Positions 17,402 to 26,901 of a stretch of DNA of 64,000 nt are shown here, in pieces. The position numbers and the translations under genes were made by a program. The first letter of the stretch is position 1. Each line of letters begins with the position of its first letter. Origin of the DNA: a phage; assembly GCA_037574385.1 (NCBI GenBank), contig GCA_037574385.1_4529.1. One strand, 5' to 3'. A model generated the notes under the pieces. That model was not told the origin of the DNA and searched no databases. It saw only the letters and a program-made list of their open reading frames with translations.

Positions 17402-17638
17402 TTAACCGCTTACTGGTGTAGGGGTAAACATTGCGGCGTTCTTAGTTTTCCAAGTTGCTGCATCAGAAACGACATCAGAATAAGCTGCCTTTTCTGATGG
17501 AAAGATTTGGTAATGAGAATCTGCAATCCGATGTTCGTTTGAATAAATCTCAAACGGAACAGAAACTTCCATACCTTTAACTTCTTTACCTTCACCAGCT
17601 GGATGCGTGAAGGTTTTGATATTAACGAAACCACCCAT
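17402..17638 (-). CDS. soc: small outer capsid protein Soc
   Basis: 78 aa; GFVNIKTF...HYQIFPSEKAAYS matches recalled T4 Soc; own TATAAATA late promoter and downstream terminator. Confidence 0.85.
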   Translation of the reverse strand: MGGFVNIKTFTHPAGEGKEVKGMEVSVPFEIYSNEHRIADSHYQIFPSEKAAYSDVVSDAATWKTKNAAMFTPTPVSG

Positions 17639-17669
17639 AATAAACTCCTTTGTTGTTTAATTACAGGTG

Positions 17670-17677
17670 TATTTATA
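17670..17677 (-). promoter_or_regulatory. late promoter (TATAAATA) for soc
   Basis: Exact T4 late consensus TATAAATA on minus strand about 32 nt upstream of the soc ATG. Confidence 0.6.
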
Positions 17678-17679
17678 AC

Positions 17680-17961
17680 TTACAATTTAGCAGCTTGGAC
17701 TGCTTTATTGGCTTCAGTCATTTTAGCTAGATTTTCAGCAGTAGGATTAGCAATGTATTCGGCTGTAGCTTGAGCAAAAACATTATGAGTTTCGATTACA
17801 TTTTTAGCATTTTCAGTATTCATATCAATTTCTTGTTTAGATAAATTTTTTAGTTGATTGGCTAAGAGTTCTACAAAGATTTCAACATTAGCGTTTTCAA
17901 TTATAGCATTAATATGCTTCTTACGAGCTTTCTTAAGCTGACGTTTATTTAAACGAGACAT
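17680..17961 (-). CDS. hypothetical protein (93 aa)
   Basis: ORF immediately downstream of gene 56 (stop/start adjacent). Confidence 0.5.
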   Translation of the reverse strand: MSRLNKRQLKKARKKHINAIIENANVEIFVELLANQLKNLSKQEIDMNTENAKNVIETHNVFAQATAEYIANPTAENLAKMTEANKAVQAAKL

Positions 17962-18482
17962 TAATAACCTCGGTCCTGACGAGCAAAGTTCTCGGCGTTT
18001 TTCAGGTAATACAGTTTAAAGATTTCTTCTGCAGTCAGTCCAAGGCCATGGAACATATTCAGAACAAAGTGGAGGATATCAATCATTTCGAATTTAATTT
18101 CGAGCTGGTCTTCAGGAGACAACTCATCAATACGACGATTACGGAATTCAGCATGTTGTACTTTCCAAGGCTTCCATACACTGCTGGCAGCTTTTTCACC
18201 ATTGCTCATACCACCAAGTGAAGTCAGCAGTTCACGGAATTCATCATCAATATAATCTTTCTGATTACGCAGCCAATCAACAACATCGCCAGCAGTGGCC
18301 AATTCATCAGGATGTTTGTTATGTTCAGGCTTGTCATTTGCCAGACGAACCTGTAAAGATTTCTGCATATCAAGCATAACTTGCAGTGGGTCTTTATCTT
18401 CGTGAATCAGAGCATTAAAATAAGCTTCTTCTGCTTTATCAACACCAGAAATAAGTTGTGAACATTCGTTAAAGTGTGCCAT
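17961..18482 (-). CDS. 56: dCTP pyrophosphatase (dCTPase/dUTPase, MazG-like)
   Basis: Track ORF trimmed to ATG (MAHFNEC...) giving 173 aa; DPLQVMLDMQ, ETAGDVV, EIFKLYYLKN..FARQDRGY match recalled T4 gp56. Confidence 0.9.
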   Translation of the reverse strand: MAHFNECSQLISGVDKAEEAYFNALIHEDKDPLQVMLDMQKSLQVRLANDKPEHNKHPDELATAGDVVDWLRNQKDYIDDEFRELLTSLGGMSNGEKAASSVWKPWKVQHAEFRNRRIDELSPEDQLEIKFEMIDILHFVLNMFHGLGLTAEEIFKLYYLKNAENFARQDRGY

Positions 18483-18571
18483 TATTTTTCCTTTCAATTC
18501 AGTAATAAGTGAGTTAATTCTAACATTAATTTTATAAAGCGTAATAAATAATAGGTAACTAAGGAGATATT

Positions 18572-18769
18572 ATGTTTAAACTTCCATCGTTAATCAACGC
18601 TATTAAAGGCAATAAAAAGAAAACTGCTATCGCTGCAATAGTTGTAGGCGGCATTATTTCATGGAACTTCGGGATTGCACCATTGTTAGTTGCCCATGGT
18701 GTTATAGTTCCTTCTGTTCCATTGGATACTGTAGTTGATTTGGCCTTTGCTATTATAGGGCTTGTTTAA
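18572..18769 (+). CDS. small hydrophobic membrane protein (65 aa), plus strand
   Basis: Only convincing plus-strand gene: AAGGAG SD 6 nt before ATG; two predicted TM segments; convergent with gene 61. Confidence 0.5.
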   Translation: MFKLPSLINAIKGNKKKTAIAAIVVGGIISWNFGIAPLLVAHGVIVPSVPLDTVVDLAFAIIGLV

Positions 18770-19788
18770 ATCTTCGAATAACGAGATAATCTCATTTTAG
18801 CATGCAACCCACTTGAAATATTCTGTTTCATATATTCTAAAATTTCTTGTGGTGTTGCATTTTCTTTCATTACCATATCATTCACATCCTTTGATCTCCA
18901 TGGAGCTCTATCCCAGAACATAACACGTTCGCCTGCATCTACTAATCGCTTCATACGAGCTATAGTATCCGGATGCCTAGGTTCATTATCCATTACCCAT
19001 ACCCGACGTTCTTTAAATGGTACCACATCTAAATCTATTGAGCCGCCTGTAATAGCGATTGCATTGGGTATGAATAAACTATCAATAGGGCCTTCCATTA
19101 CCCAGACGTCTCCTTCCTTAACACGTTCAACACCATAAATTTTTGTTGCAGACTCAAACGCTTTAATAGTGATATATTTCTGAGGAGCATCTTTACGAAG
19201 TGCACGTCCTTGGAATGACTCGGCCTTCCCGTCTTTATTAAAAATAGGAATCACTAAACGTGGTTCAGGAATCTCTTTCTTATACGTACCAGGTTGAATT
19301 TTGTTAACCAATTTAGGCCATTCTAATGTGAACCATAATCTGTTCCACGATTCTTTAGGAATACACCGAGACTTAACATATTTCACAATAGGATGCTCTT
19401 CAGGCAGCTTGTCCAGACGAGAACAAGACGGCAAAGAATTTATAGTCTTTTTCTCCGGTTCTGGTTTATGTTCAGGAACCTTTTCAATCTTTGGTTCCAT
19501 TCTAGCTTTTTCTTTACGAACTTCCATTAGATATTCACGATAAAGATCTTCGTCATACTCTTTTAAGTATCCGGAAATTGTATTATGATATTGACAGTTA
19601 TAGCAATGCACATTACCTGGAGTACCGCCATAATACCATCCGCGAGCTTTCATTGCATCTGTCTGAGAGTCGCCACAAACTGGACAACGAAACGTTAATT
19701 TAAATGTGCTTGAATTATTGATTTGTCTAAAACGAGGTAGGTGAGAAAACGCACGATAAGCAAATTCATTATCTATCCATTCAGCCAT
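18766..19788 (-). CDS. 61: DNA primase gp61 (zinc-binding domain + TOPRIM)
   Basis: 340 aa; N-terminal CPVCGD...HCYNCQYH zinc ribbon; size and position as T4 gene 61. Confidence 0.85.
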   Translation of the reverse strand: MAEWIDNEFAYRAFSHLPRFRQINNSSTFKLTFRCPVCGDSQTDAMKARGWYYGGTPGNVHCYNCQYHNTISGYLKEYDEDLYREYLMEVRKEKARMEPKIEKVPEHKPEPEKKTINSLPSCSRLDKLPEEHPIVKYVKSRCIPKESWNRLWFTLEWPKLVNKIQPGTYKKEIPEPRLVIPIFNKDGKAESFQGRALRKDAPQKYITIKAFESATKIYGVERVKEGDVWVMEGPIDSLFIPNAIAITGGSIDLDVVPFKERRVWVMDNEPRHPDTIARMKRLVDAGERVMFWDRAPWRSKDVNDMVMKENATPQEILEYMKQNISSGLHAKMRLSRYSKI

Positions 19789-19827
19789 AGTATTCTCCAG
19801 AGGCCTTAAATTAATAAGGCCATCATA

Positions 19828-20295
19828 TCACAACTTATTGATATTTACTTTAATTCGCTTTCTTTTCTTGGAAGGAATTTGTTCTGGACCTTTATTTACG
19901 ACTGCACCTGTAGTTGTTCCTGATGCAATAGCTTGAGGACTGCCACCTGAATCACCAGCCACCATATCCTCAAATAAAGGGAGTTCTTTAAATATTTCTT
20001 TCTGCTGTTCTTCTGTAATGTTATAGCGGGATGCTACAGCACTCCAGGCAGACATCATTGAGGCCATTCCATTAAGACCCGGAACAGTGCTCATCATTCG
20101 CTTCATTGAACGAACTGAAGCATGAAAAGGTGTATAAGCCGCTTTCTCTTCAGGAGTGGAAGGACGTTTAAGAACACTTCCACGTTCGTCGATGATTTTG
20201 GCTTCATACGCTTTCCATTCGGTAAAAGGTTTTTGCATTAGACGAATAAACTTATATGCATAAACTGAATCTATTGCAGTGTTAATAATACCCAT
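19828..20295 (-). CDS. hypothetical protein (155 aa)
   Basis: Track ORF (TTG) trimmed to ATG with AGGAGG SD. Confidence 0.5.
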   Translation of the reverse strand: MGIINTAIDSVYAYKFIRLMQKPFTEWKAYEAKIIDERGSVLKRPSTPEEKAAYTPFHASVRSMKRMMSTVPGLNGMASMMSAWSAVASRYNITEEQQKEIFKELPLFEDMVAGDSGGSPQAIASGTTTGAVVNKGPEQIPSKKRKRIKVNINKL

Positions 20296-20314
20296 AGGTA
20301 CCTCCTGAGTATAT

Positions 20315-20512
20315 TTAATCAATCACAAAGATCGCTTTATCACCGTTCGCATCTGTGACTTCATATGTAGTGTCTTCATAGTGTGGAATATTCCAAATTA
20401 CACCGTCATTAGCTTTTACGCTAATATGACATTGGTGTTTTGAAACAACTTCATAATCTTCAAAACTTGTAAAAACACTAATTTTAGAACCAGTGCAAAT
20501 TGCAGTAGTCAT
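20315..20512 (-). CDS. hypothetical protein (65 aa)
   Basis: ORF with GAGG SD. Confidence 0.45.
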   Translation of the reverse strand: MTTAICTGSKISVFTSFEDYEVVSKHQCHISVKANDGVIWNIPHYEDTTYEVTDANGDKAIFVID

Positions 20513-20513
20513 T

Positions 20514-21164
20514 TTAACCTCGATTCATAAATGCATTAAATATTTGGTCATCAACAGAAATTTCTAATTCGACTTCAATTGCTTCAGCCTTTTCTTCAGG
20601 TGGTAATTCGTATCCACACACTACAATTTTTTCATCGATATCAAAATATACAGAAGCAATATGATTAATGTTATTTTCAGTTAAGTCTAAATCAACATCA
20701 ACATCTTTTTGACCTACACTTAAAGGATAACTAATACGGGTTATTTTATTATCTTTAACAAAGAGTCCACCAACATACTCTGTACTACGTTTGAAGTTTA
20801 CACGTTTCCGAATTGAAAGATATGATGCATCTTTACCGTGAGCTCGGCTCATAGGACATAATGAATAACTAGAATAAGAGATATCAAATCCTACGCCTTC
20901 AACATGTGCCAGAGTATCATGAGTAAACCAATTATAGTCGTATGCCAAATCCATTAAATTATAATATGTGAACGGAACTGGATTAACGTCATACGTTGTA
21001 CCTTTAAAATCTGCCCAGGCAACGATTTCGTTATCTTTAACAATTACAAAAATTACACCAATATGGTATCCGTTATTATTTTCATTCGGCGTTATATTAT
21101 AACATTGTGCATTAGGAAATTTACCATATTTAAATGGCGCGTTTTTGTGCATATAATAAATCAT
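20514..21164 (-). CDS. hypothetical protein (216 aa)
   Basis: Track ORF (GTG) trimmed to ATG with AGGTGA SD directly after the upstream stop. Confidence 0.5.
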   Translation of the reverse strand: MIYYMHKNAPFKYGKFPNAQCYNITPNENNNGYHIGVIFVIVKDNEIVAWADFKGTTYDVNPVPFTYYNLMDLAYDYNWFTHDTLAHVEGVGFDISYSSYSLCPMSRAHGKDASYLSIRKRVNFKRSTEYVGGLFVKDNKITRISYPLSVGQKDVDVDLDLTENNINHIASVYFDIDEKIVVCGYELPPEEKAEAIEVELEISVDDQIFNAFMNRG

Positions 21165-21165
21165 A

Positions 21166-21459
21166 TTATTCACCTGTGATTTCGGTTACGATATCTTTGT
21201 TATCGAAATTAGGGTCACAATACAAAACATAGTTGTACTGCATGATACCGCCAGACTTAAGTTGTTCAACAACTTTATTAACCATATTAGGACGGTCTCG
21301 TTTAGTGATGTTCATGATATCAGAGAAGATTTGTTGTTCAACATCTTCTTGATTTGCAGTCATTGACCACTCACAGAGGTCTTTATCATAACCTGCTGTA
21401 ACTGGAGCTGGTGCACATGATACTGCAAGTAAGATTGCTGCCAATGATAACTTTTTCAT
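21166..21459 (-). CDS. sp: Spackle-like periplasmic protein (lysozyme inhibitor / superinfection exclusion)
   Basis: 97 aa with signal peptide; mature GYDKDLCEWSMTA...GGIMQYNYVLYCD matches recalled T4 Sp (61.3); early promoter 21489-21517. Confidence 0.6.
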   Translation of the reverse strand: MKKLSLAAILLAVSCAPAPVTAGYDKDLCEWSMTANQEDVEQQIFSDIMNITKRDRPNMVNKVVEQLKSGGIMQYNYVLYCDPNFDNKDIVTEITGE

Positions 21460-21488
21460 TTTAACTCCTTAGTTGATTTGATAGGACT

Positions 21489-21517
21489 ACTATACTATAG
21501 TCCATCTATAATGTAAA
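21489..21517 (-). promoter_or_regulatory. early promoter (GTTTACA-N17-TATAGT) for sp
   Basis: Minus strand GTTTACATTATAGATGGACTATAGTATAGTAGTCC. Confidence 0.5.
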
Positions 21518-21522
21518 CAAGT

Positions 21523-21771
21523 TTATTCTTTTTCGCGAATAATAATTACTTGTTGAGGCTGCTGAGCAGATTTCTTTTCGGCAACGATAGACCAAATTAA
21601 AGTTCCAATCCAACCAACCATCGTCCAGTTAAAGAGCAAAGATACAAAGAAGATTGCTGTTGTGCTTTTTGTGCCACGAATAAGTGCGATTACCCAAGGC
21701 AACATGTAAATGATGATTGAACCAATACCTGCGATTAAAACTGCTACTGAACTAGCTACGAATAATTCCAT
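21523..21771 (-). CDS. Imm-superinfection-family small membrane protein
   Basis: 82 aa, two TM helices; YMLPWVIALIRG...WTMVGWIGTLIWSI resembles the Imm_superinfect motif; AAGAGGAAA SD. Confidence 0.45.
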   Translation of the reverse strand: MELFVASSVAVLIAGIGSIIIYMLPWVIALIRGTKSTTAIFFVSLLFNWTMVGWIGTLIWSIVAEKKSAQQPQQVIIIREKE

Positions 21772-21832
21772 GTTAATTTCCTCTTGATTTGTTATGTTTA
21801 TAGTATCTTGTTTTAACTTTGGCGTAAACCAA

Positions 21833-22201
21833 TTAATTAAATTTGTTTAAACGTTCAATACACTGGACGTAGTTATTCGCGATTTGTTTCTGGGTAGGCT
21901 CTTTACCAGTTGTTTCAATATAGCGAATGAATGCGATTTCAGTAGCCTGTAAGCAATGTTCTTTAACGCGTTGTTCTTTTGTCAATGCTACAGTATCAGA
22001 ATCACGATAACGTTGAGCATGGGCATCAGCTTGAATCATTCGATTACCTACAGTAACCGGGTCTTCCACTTCAACTTTAGGTTGGTTGTACTGTTTAACA
22101 TTCGGGTTATAAATCAATTGGCCAACATTATTAGGGATAAAGCCGTGAGCACCACATCCAGTTAATCCGAATACCATTGCTAAAGCGATTAATTTTTTCA
22201 T
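21833..22201 (-). CDS. putative lipoprotein (122 aa)
   Basis: Signal peptide with lipobox LTGC; early promoter 22230-22258. Confidence 0.5.
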   Translation of the reverse strand: MKKLIALAMVFGLTGCGAHGFIPNNVGQLIYNPNVKQYNQPKVEVEDPVTVGNRMIQADAHAQRYRDSDTVALTKEQRVKEHCLQATEIAFIRYIETTGKEPTQKQIANNYVQCIERLNKFN

Positions 22202-22229
22202 TTCAATTTCCTCTGTAGTTGATAAAAAG

Positions 22230-22258
22230 ATAGTAACACAGTATGTGGTGCTTGTAAA
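22230..22258 (-). promoter_or_regulatory. early promoter (GTTTACA-N17-TACTAT)
   Basis: Minus strand GTTTACAAGCACCACATACTGTGTTACTAT. Confidence 0.45.
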
Positions 22259-22272
22259 CAGTTATTTTAAAA

Positions 22273-22461
22273 TTATCGAAAATCAGCTTCAAAAACTTTC
22301 TCGTCATTAATAAATGCTTTAACAAGTGCACTGTTCACTTCGGCGAGTTGTACCGCAACCCACTCGATTTCTTCACGATCACCTGATAACATGATATCTT
22401 TAGTGAACATCTCACCACTTTTAAACCAGCCAATAAAAGTAATTTTAGTTAATTTGCTCAT
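22273..22461 (-). CDS. hypothetical protein (62 aa)
   Basis: Track ORF trimmed to ATG with GAGGAAAT SD. Confidence 0.4.
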   Translation of the reverse strand: MSKLTKITFIGWFKSGEMFTKDIMLSGDREEIEWVAVQLAEVNSALVKAFINDEKVFEADFR

Positions 22462-22775
22462 ATTTCCTCGCAAAATGCCCATTCAGCGTGATAAACTGTA
22501 GCACCTTTAGTATCGTTCATTTGAACTACGTCTACCGGAGAAATTACTCGATAGAGACGTGGTTCACCTCCATAAGAGCGTGCTGCTCGTCCTGCATAAA
22601 TCTTTGCTAAACCGATATCTTCAGTAAAGAATACACGATTCAAGTTTTTCTTACGTCCAGTTTCAGACAGAACTCCTGTTTCTTCAGGAGGACAAAGCAT
22701 GTTTTCGATGTTAGCTGAACTACTTGAACCGTGATAAAAAATCTTAAATTCTGCTTTACAATCGATGGTTTTCAT
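22458..22775 (-). CDS. hypothetical protein (105 aa)
   Basis: GGAGAA SD; early promoter 22802-22830. Confidence 0.5.
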   Translation of the reverse strand: MKTIDCKAEFKIFYHGSSSSANIENMLCPPEETGVLSETGRKKNLNRVFFTEDIGLAKIYAGRAARSYGGEPRLYRVISPVDVVQMNDTKGATVYHAEWAFCEEI

Positions 22776-22801
22776 TTTGTTCTCCAGTAGTTGATAGGTC
22801 T

Positions 22802-22830
22802 ATAATAACACAACTACTGGAGAAGTAAAC
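22802..22830 (-). promoter_or_regulatory. early promoter (GTTTAC-N17-TATTAT) with spacer complementary to downstream SD
   Basis: Minus strand GTTTACTTCTCCAGTAGTTGTGTTATTAT; spacer pairs with CAACTACTGGAGAA at the RBS. Confidence 0.5.
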
Positions 22831-23205
22831 TTAAAAACGTAATTTAGATATATCTGCGTTGATTTCGTTTTGGTTTGCGTCGTATGCAATTAAACGAACC
22901 GCTTTAGATGGGTCATTCAATGCATAGAAATGATGGAACATTGCTCGAACGATATCACCATTTACGAGTTCTACCTGGATAGGAGAACCTTTTTCTAGTT
23001 GGAAATGTTCATAAGCTTTGATGGTTCGCAGATAATCAAGTTTTTGATTTCCGGCTCCAACAATTTGTACGATACGTTTGCCCATGTTTTCCATACGAGA
23101 TACAATAGTTTTAGGAGCAAGAATAACGTAGGTTGCCAACGGAGAAACTACTTCAACAGTTGTGTTTTCGGTGATTGCAGTAAAAATTGCTTGAGACATA
23201 TTCAT
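22831..23205 (-). CDS. hypothetical protein (124 aa)
   Basis: AAGAGGAAAA SD; early promoter 23235-23263. Confidence 0.5.
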   Translation of the reverse strand: MNMSQAIFTAITENTTVEVVSPLATYVILAPKTIVSRMENMGKRIVQIVGAGNQKLDYLRTIKAYEHFQLEKGSPIQVELVNGDIVRAMFHHFYALNDPSKAVRLIAYDANQNEINADISKLRF

Positions 23206-23234
23206 AATGTTTTCCTCTTGGTTGGTGTAAGTAC

Positions 23235-23263
23235 ATCATATCATGCCTAGAGGAAGATGTAAA
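23235..23263 (-). promoter_or_regulatory. early promoter (GTTTACA-N17-TATGAT)
   Basis: Minus strand GTTTACATCTTCCTCTAGGCATGATATGAT, just after the gp41 terminator hairpin. Confidence 0.45.
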
Positions 23264-23288
23264 CCCCGAAAGGAGACCGAAGTCTCCT
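23260..23288 (-). terminator. terminator-like hairpin after gene 41
   Basis: AGGAGAC-TTCG-GTCTCCT stem-loop; U-rich on both strands (plus-side TTTTATTAAAATTTT), possibly bidirectional. Confidence 0.4.
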
Positions 23289-23293
23289 TTTTA

Positions 23294-24736
23294 TTAAAAT
23301 TTTAACTCATTGGCTAAGCTATCTAGGTCAGCACGTGTTGCTTTGGCTTTACCTACGCGTTCCGTACGATTCACCTCTGCCTGACGCATCTGAGCACCTG
23401 CGTTTTCATTTACTGTGTTAGGTGTGTTCATGCCTTCTTGCTCAATCTCAACCCATTTCTGATTGCCTTTACGTACACCCATCAAGAACTTGTTCCACTT
23501 ATTCTTATCACCATATCGTGATTTGATTTGTTTGATAAGTTGTTGTTCAGCTTGTGCAAGTTCTTCAGTTTCAATTACGGCCAACATGAAATCTGCCGTT
23601 GCTGGTAAACCTGCTGATTCTGCAATATCACTCATGTTCATGTCTGAAGCATCCCATGCTGCACGTCCTACTTGAGCTGCAGTCCATAGAACTGTTTCAG
23701 ATTCTACTGCTAATGCACGAAGTTCTTCTGCAATAGCTTTAACTAATGTGTAACTATTTTCAGTGTAAACTCTGATACGACAAGACCCACAAATACCTAA
23801 GTAATCGACTATAATTACAGACGGCACAAAGTTCTTCTTAAGTTTCAATTCATTAAGCAATGCACGGAATGTATTAGCATTAGCTCCACCAGTAGGATAC
23901 TGTTTGACTACTAAACGTCCTAATGTTGATTTTGAACGCCATTTTTCCATCTTGGCTTTATATTCAGCATAAGATACGTTACCATCATCGATATCATCGA
24001 GTGATACGTCAAGCATGTTTGCATCTATACGCTTAGCACAAACTTCTTCAGCCATTTCCATGGAAATATAAAGAACATTATGTCCTGTTTGAAGATAATC
24101 TGCAGCAAGTGAACAAAGGCCTAAAGATTTACCAACGTTAACACCAGCCATTAAAACGTTCAGTGTACCTGTTTCTGCGCCACCTTTGGTGATTTTATTA
24201 AGAATGTTTAATTTGAACGGGACCTTACGTGCTTTATTTAGATAAGAAAGCCAGCGTGCTTCATAGTCTTCCATCCAGTCATGTCCAACATAACTATCGA
24301 ACGAAATTGAAAGTGCTTGACGCATAATATCAGGAATAGCTCCTACGTCAGGCATTTTCTTGTTACGTTGTTCTGGAGGTAGTTCAGCATTAGACTGAAT
24401 CTCAATGATTTTGGATGTAGCATTATACATCGCTTTTTGCTGGACATATTTCTCAGTTTCTTTAACCAACCATTCGTGGTCTTCAGGAGTATCAGCCAAT
24501 TTTTCAATTAGGTCTGAAGTTCCTTTATATTCGGCTTCAGTTAAAGAACTGTTATCTAAAGCCACCTTTAATGCATTGATGGATGGCATTGCATTATATT
24601 CGTTAACGTGGCTCTTTATAATTTTAAAGACATTTTTTGCCGGTCCACGCTCAAAATACTCAGAATCCATATAAGGCCAGACCTTAGAAAAATAAGCCTG
24701 GTCGTATACGAGATGAGACAAAATAATTTCTACCAC
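23294..24736 (-). CDS. 41: replicative DNA helicase gp41 (DnaB family)
   Basis: 480 aa; RecA-like core with Walker A GVNVGKS; N-terminus matches recalled T4 gp41; order 41-40-uvsX as T4. Confidence 0.9.
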   Translation of the reverse strand: MVEIILSHLVYDQAYFSKVWPYMDSEYFERGPAKNVFKIIKSHVNEYNAMPSINALKVALDNSSLTEAEYKGTSDLIEKLADTPEDHEWLVKETEKYVQQKAMYNATSKIIEIQSNAELPPEQRNKKMPDVGAIPDIMRQALSISFDSYVGHDWMEDYEARWLSYLNKARKVPFKLNILNKITKGGAETGTLNVLMAGVNVGKSLGLCSLAADYLQTGHNVLYISMEMAEEVCAKRIDANMLDVSLDDIDDGNVSYAEYKAKMEKWRSKSTLGRLVVKQYPTGGANANTFRALLNELKLKKNFVPSVIIVDYLGICGSCRIRVYTENSYTLVKAIAEELRALAVESETVLWTAAQVGRAAWDASDMNMSDIAESAGLPATADFMLAVIETEELAQAEQQLIKQIKSRYGDKNKWNKFLMGVRKGNQKWVEIEQEGMNTPNTVNENAGAQMRQAEVNRTERVGKAKATRADLDSLANELKF

Positions 24737-24745
24737 GATAACTCC

Positions 24746-25087
24746 TTAAAAGAATTTAAATTTTTTCTTGGTTCGTTCATTAAAAGCTTGTTGTACCTGC
24801 ATTGTAACACATTTTTCAACATGCGGCGCAAGTTCTGCTTTTCTGTCCTGGTCAAGAACTGCAAAGTCCATTACGATTTTACCATCAACCCAATCTAGTT
24901 TTGTAATATAGACTATATGATGGGAGCCGTCTTCAAGTGTAATCAGAATCTCTTGAATGACATTTTCCATTGCTGAACGGATAATTTTAAGAGATTCATT
25001 AAACACTCGTTCTTTGCGAATGTCTTCCCCTTCCGAAGAAGGGGATTCATCAACGATTTCTAGATTCAAATCATCGAGATTATTCAT
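24746..25087 (-). CDS. gp40-like protein (by position)
   Basis: Track ORF trimmed to ATG with GGAAGA SD; between 41 and uvsX. Confidence 0.45.
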   Translation of the reverse strand: MNNLDDLNLEIVDESPSSEGEDIRKERVFNESLKIIRSAMENVIQEILITLEDGSHHIVYITKLDWVDGKIVMDFAVLDQDRKAELAPHVEKCVTMQVQQAFNERTKKKFKFF

Positions 25088-26252
25088 CGAAATCTTCCAT
25101 TTCGTCAAGGTCGTTTTCTATATCTGCTGCAGATGGAGCATCAGAAGCTTTAACCGGAACTTTAGTTGTTGCTTTGCAATTAATAAGGTCGTTAACAGCG
25201 TCATCAACTTCTTTAATAGAAGAGATAGCACCTAGTTTATATTTAGTTTCAATTGCATCTCGGAAAGGTTTGTGTTTAAACAACGGTCCCCAGAATTCTA
25301 CACAATCAGTAGCTTTAGCACGCCATGATTTCTCTTCACGAATCATTTCGCCTGTTTCTTCGTCAAGGAATTCGCGAGCATACCACCCAGCTTTAGGCTT
25401 AACTACAAAACCAATTTCGGTTGCCATTTCTAGCAAGCCACTGAATGGGTCGATACCGCCATCAAAATTAACCGTGATCGGGAAAGTAGATTTCTCTTTA
25501 ACTGTACGAGATTTTTCTGCTTTCAACGTGAAGTCATAACCGGTCAATTCTGTACCTTCTTTAACCTGACGTTTAGAGATAAAGAATACAGTGTTAGCAG
25601 AGTAAAGAATACCTGTACCACCGCCCATAATCTCTTTAGGATATAGTCCGCCGATTTCCATTGCGGTATGGTTGATTGCAACACACGGAATATCTTTAAT
25701 AGTCAGATAAGGAGTCACAATGCGGAAAAGAGATTTAAGTGCCTTAGCACGAGACATATCACCTACGACTTTCTCGTTCAATGCATCTTCGGTTTCTTTC
25801 TTAGATGCAGTATTACCGATTGAATCGATAAAGATAATAACTTTATCACCGCGTTCAATTGCATCAAGCTGATTAGTCATATCAACTTTAAGTTGTTCGA
25901 CAGACTGAATTGGTGTATGAACTACACGGTCTAAATCAACACCCATTGAACGAAAATAAGATTCTGAAGCACCAAATTCCGAGTCATAAAACAAACAGAT
26001 TGCATCTTTATATTTCTTCATATACGCTGCAACCATAGTCAGCCCAAACAATGTTTTAAAATGTTTAGAAGGTGCAGCAAAAATAGTCAAGCCTGATTGC
26101 AATCCTGCATTCAGAGCACCACCTAGTGCAATATTCAACATCGGAATACGAGTAGGGACTTCATCACGATTATTAAACAGCTTAGACTTAGTCAAGTCTG
26201 CAGTCATTTTAGAAGTAGAAGCTTTAATCAGACGAGATTTTAAATCAGACAT
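25080..26252 (-). CDS. uvsX: UvsX recombinase (RecA/Rad51 family)
   Basis: 390 aa; MSDLKSRLIKASTSK..., Walker A GPSKHFKT; long identical stretches to recalled T4 UvsX. Confidence 0.93.
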   Translation of the reverse strand: MSDLKSRLIKASTSKMTADLTKSKLFNNRDEVPTRIPMLNIALGGALNAGLQSGLTIFAAPSKHFKTLFGLTMVAAYMKKYKDAICLFYDSEFGASESYFRSMGVDLDRVVHTPIQSVEQLKVDMTNQLDAIERGDKVIIFIDSIGNTASKKETEDALNEKVVGDMSRAKALKSLFRIVTPYLTIKDIPCVAINHTAMEIGGLYPKEIMGGGTGILYSANTVFFISKRQVKEGTELTGYDFTLKAEKSRTVKEKSTFPITVNFDGGIDPFSGLLEMATEIGFVVKPKAGWYAREFLDEETGEMIREEKSWRAKATDCVEFWGPLFKHKPFRDAIETKYKLGAISSIKEVDDAVNDLINCKATTKVPVKASDAPSAADIENDLDEMEDFDE

Positions 26253-26351
26253 TGTATTTTTCCATAGGCATCATTATATTTTACTCATGTTTAAAAGATA
26301 AGATGATTATATACTAAGAGTTATACAGCATTTAAAACTTTAAACAGGCTC

Positions 26352-26900
26352 TTAACGAGCCCATTTGATAATTTCTGTAATCAAATTATTACGTTCGCTT
26401 GCATTAAATCCTATAACTTTGTTAGCACCATCATGATTAAGTAATTGATACGTTTGGATTTTGTTATGAATTGCAAACTCTTCAAAATGTGAAATGACTG
26501 TATTAAAACCGAATGAAGACAAAGTAATAAGGTCGTCTTCAAAACTTTCAGTCATTTCGTTACGTGTTAAAATAATTGTGAACACATCATGGTTTTGGCA
26601 AAGACGAATATAATCCTGTTCATAAACGTCAAGAACCGAGTCCGCATCTTGTCGAATACGTCCATAAACCCAGTTACTAATATATCCACGGTCTAATAGA
26701 TAAATCTTAGTAGGGTCTAAATAATTCAACATCGTTTCGAAACAGCCAACTTCATTTCGAGACTTAACATCGAAACGCCCATCAACTGTTCGTTTAGGGA
26801 AATCAATCTTTACATATCTTTCACTAATTTCCATTATGTCATTAATGAAAGTTGTTTTACCAGCATTATCCGGTCCGTCTACTAAAATAATTTTAGCCAT
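26352..26900 (-). CDS. P-loop nucleotide kinase (thymidylate/dNMP kinase-like)
   Basis: 182 aa; Walker A VDGPDNAGKTT and DRGYIS lid-like motif; at the T4 beta-gt locus between uvsX and 42. Confidence 0.6.
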   Translation of the reverse strand: MAKIILVDGPDNAGKTTFINDIMEISERYVKIDFPKRTVDGRFDVKSRNEVGCFETMLNYLDPTKIYLLDRGYISNWVYGRIRQDADSVLDVYEQDYIRLCQNHDVFTIILTRNEMTESFEDDLITLSSFGFNTVISHFEEFAIHNKIQTYQLLNHDGANKVIGFNASERNNLITEIIKWAR

Positions 26901-26901
26901 T

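Noticed and set aside
18520-18545. TATAAAGC / AATAAATA late-promoter-like sequences upstream of the plus-strand gene 18572-18769
   Set aside because: Neither matches the TATAAATA late consensus exactly; left unannotated
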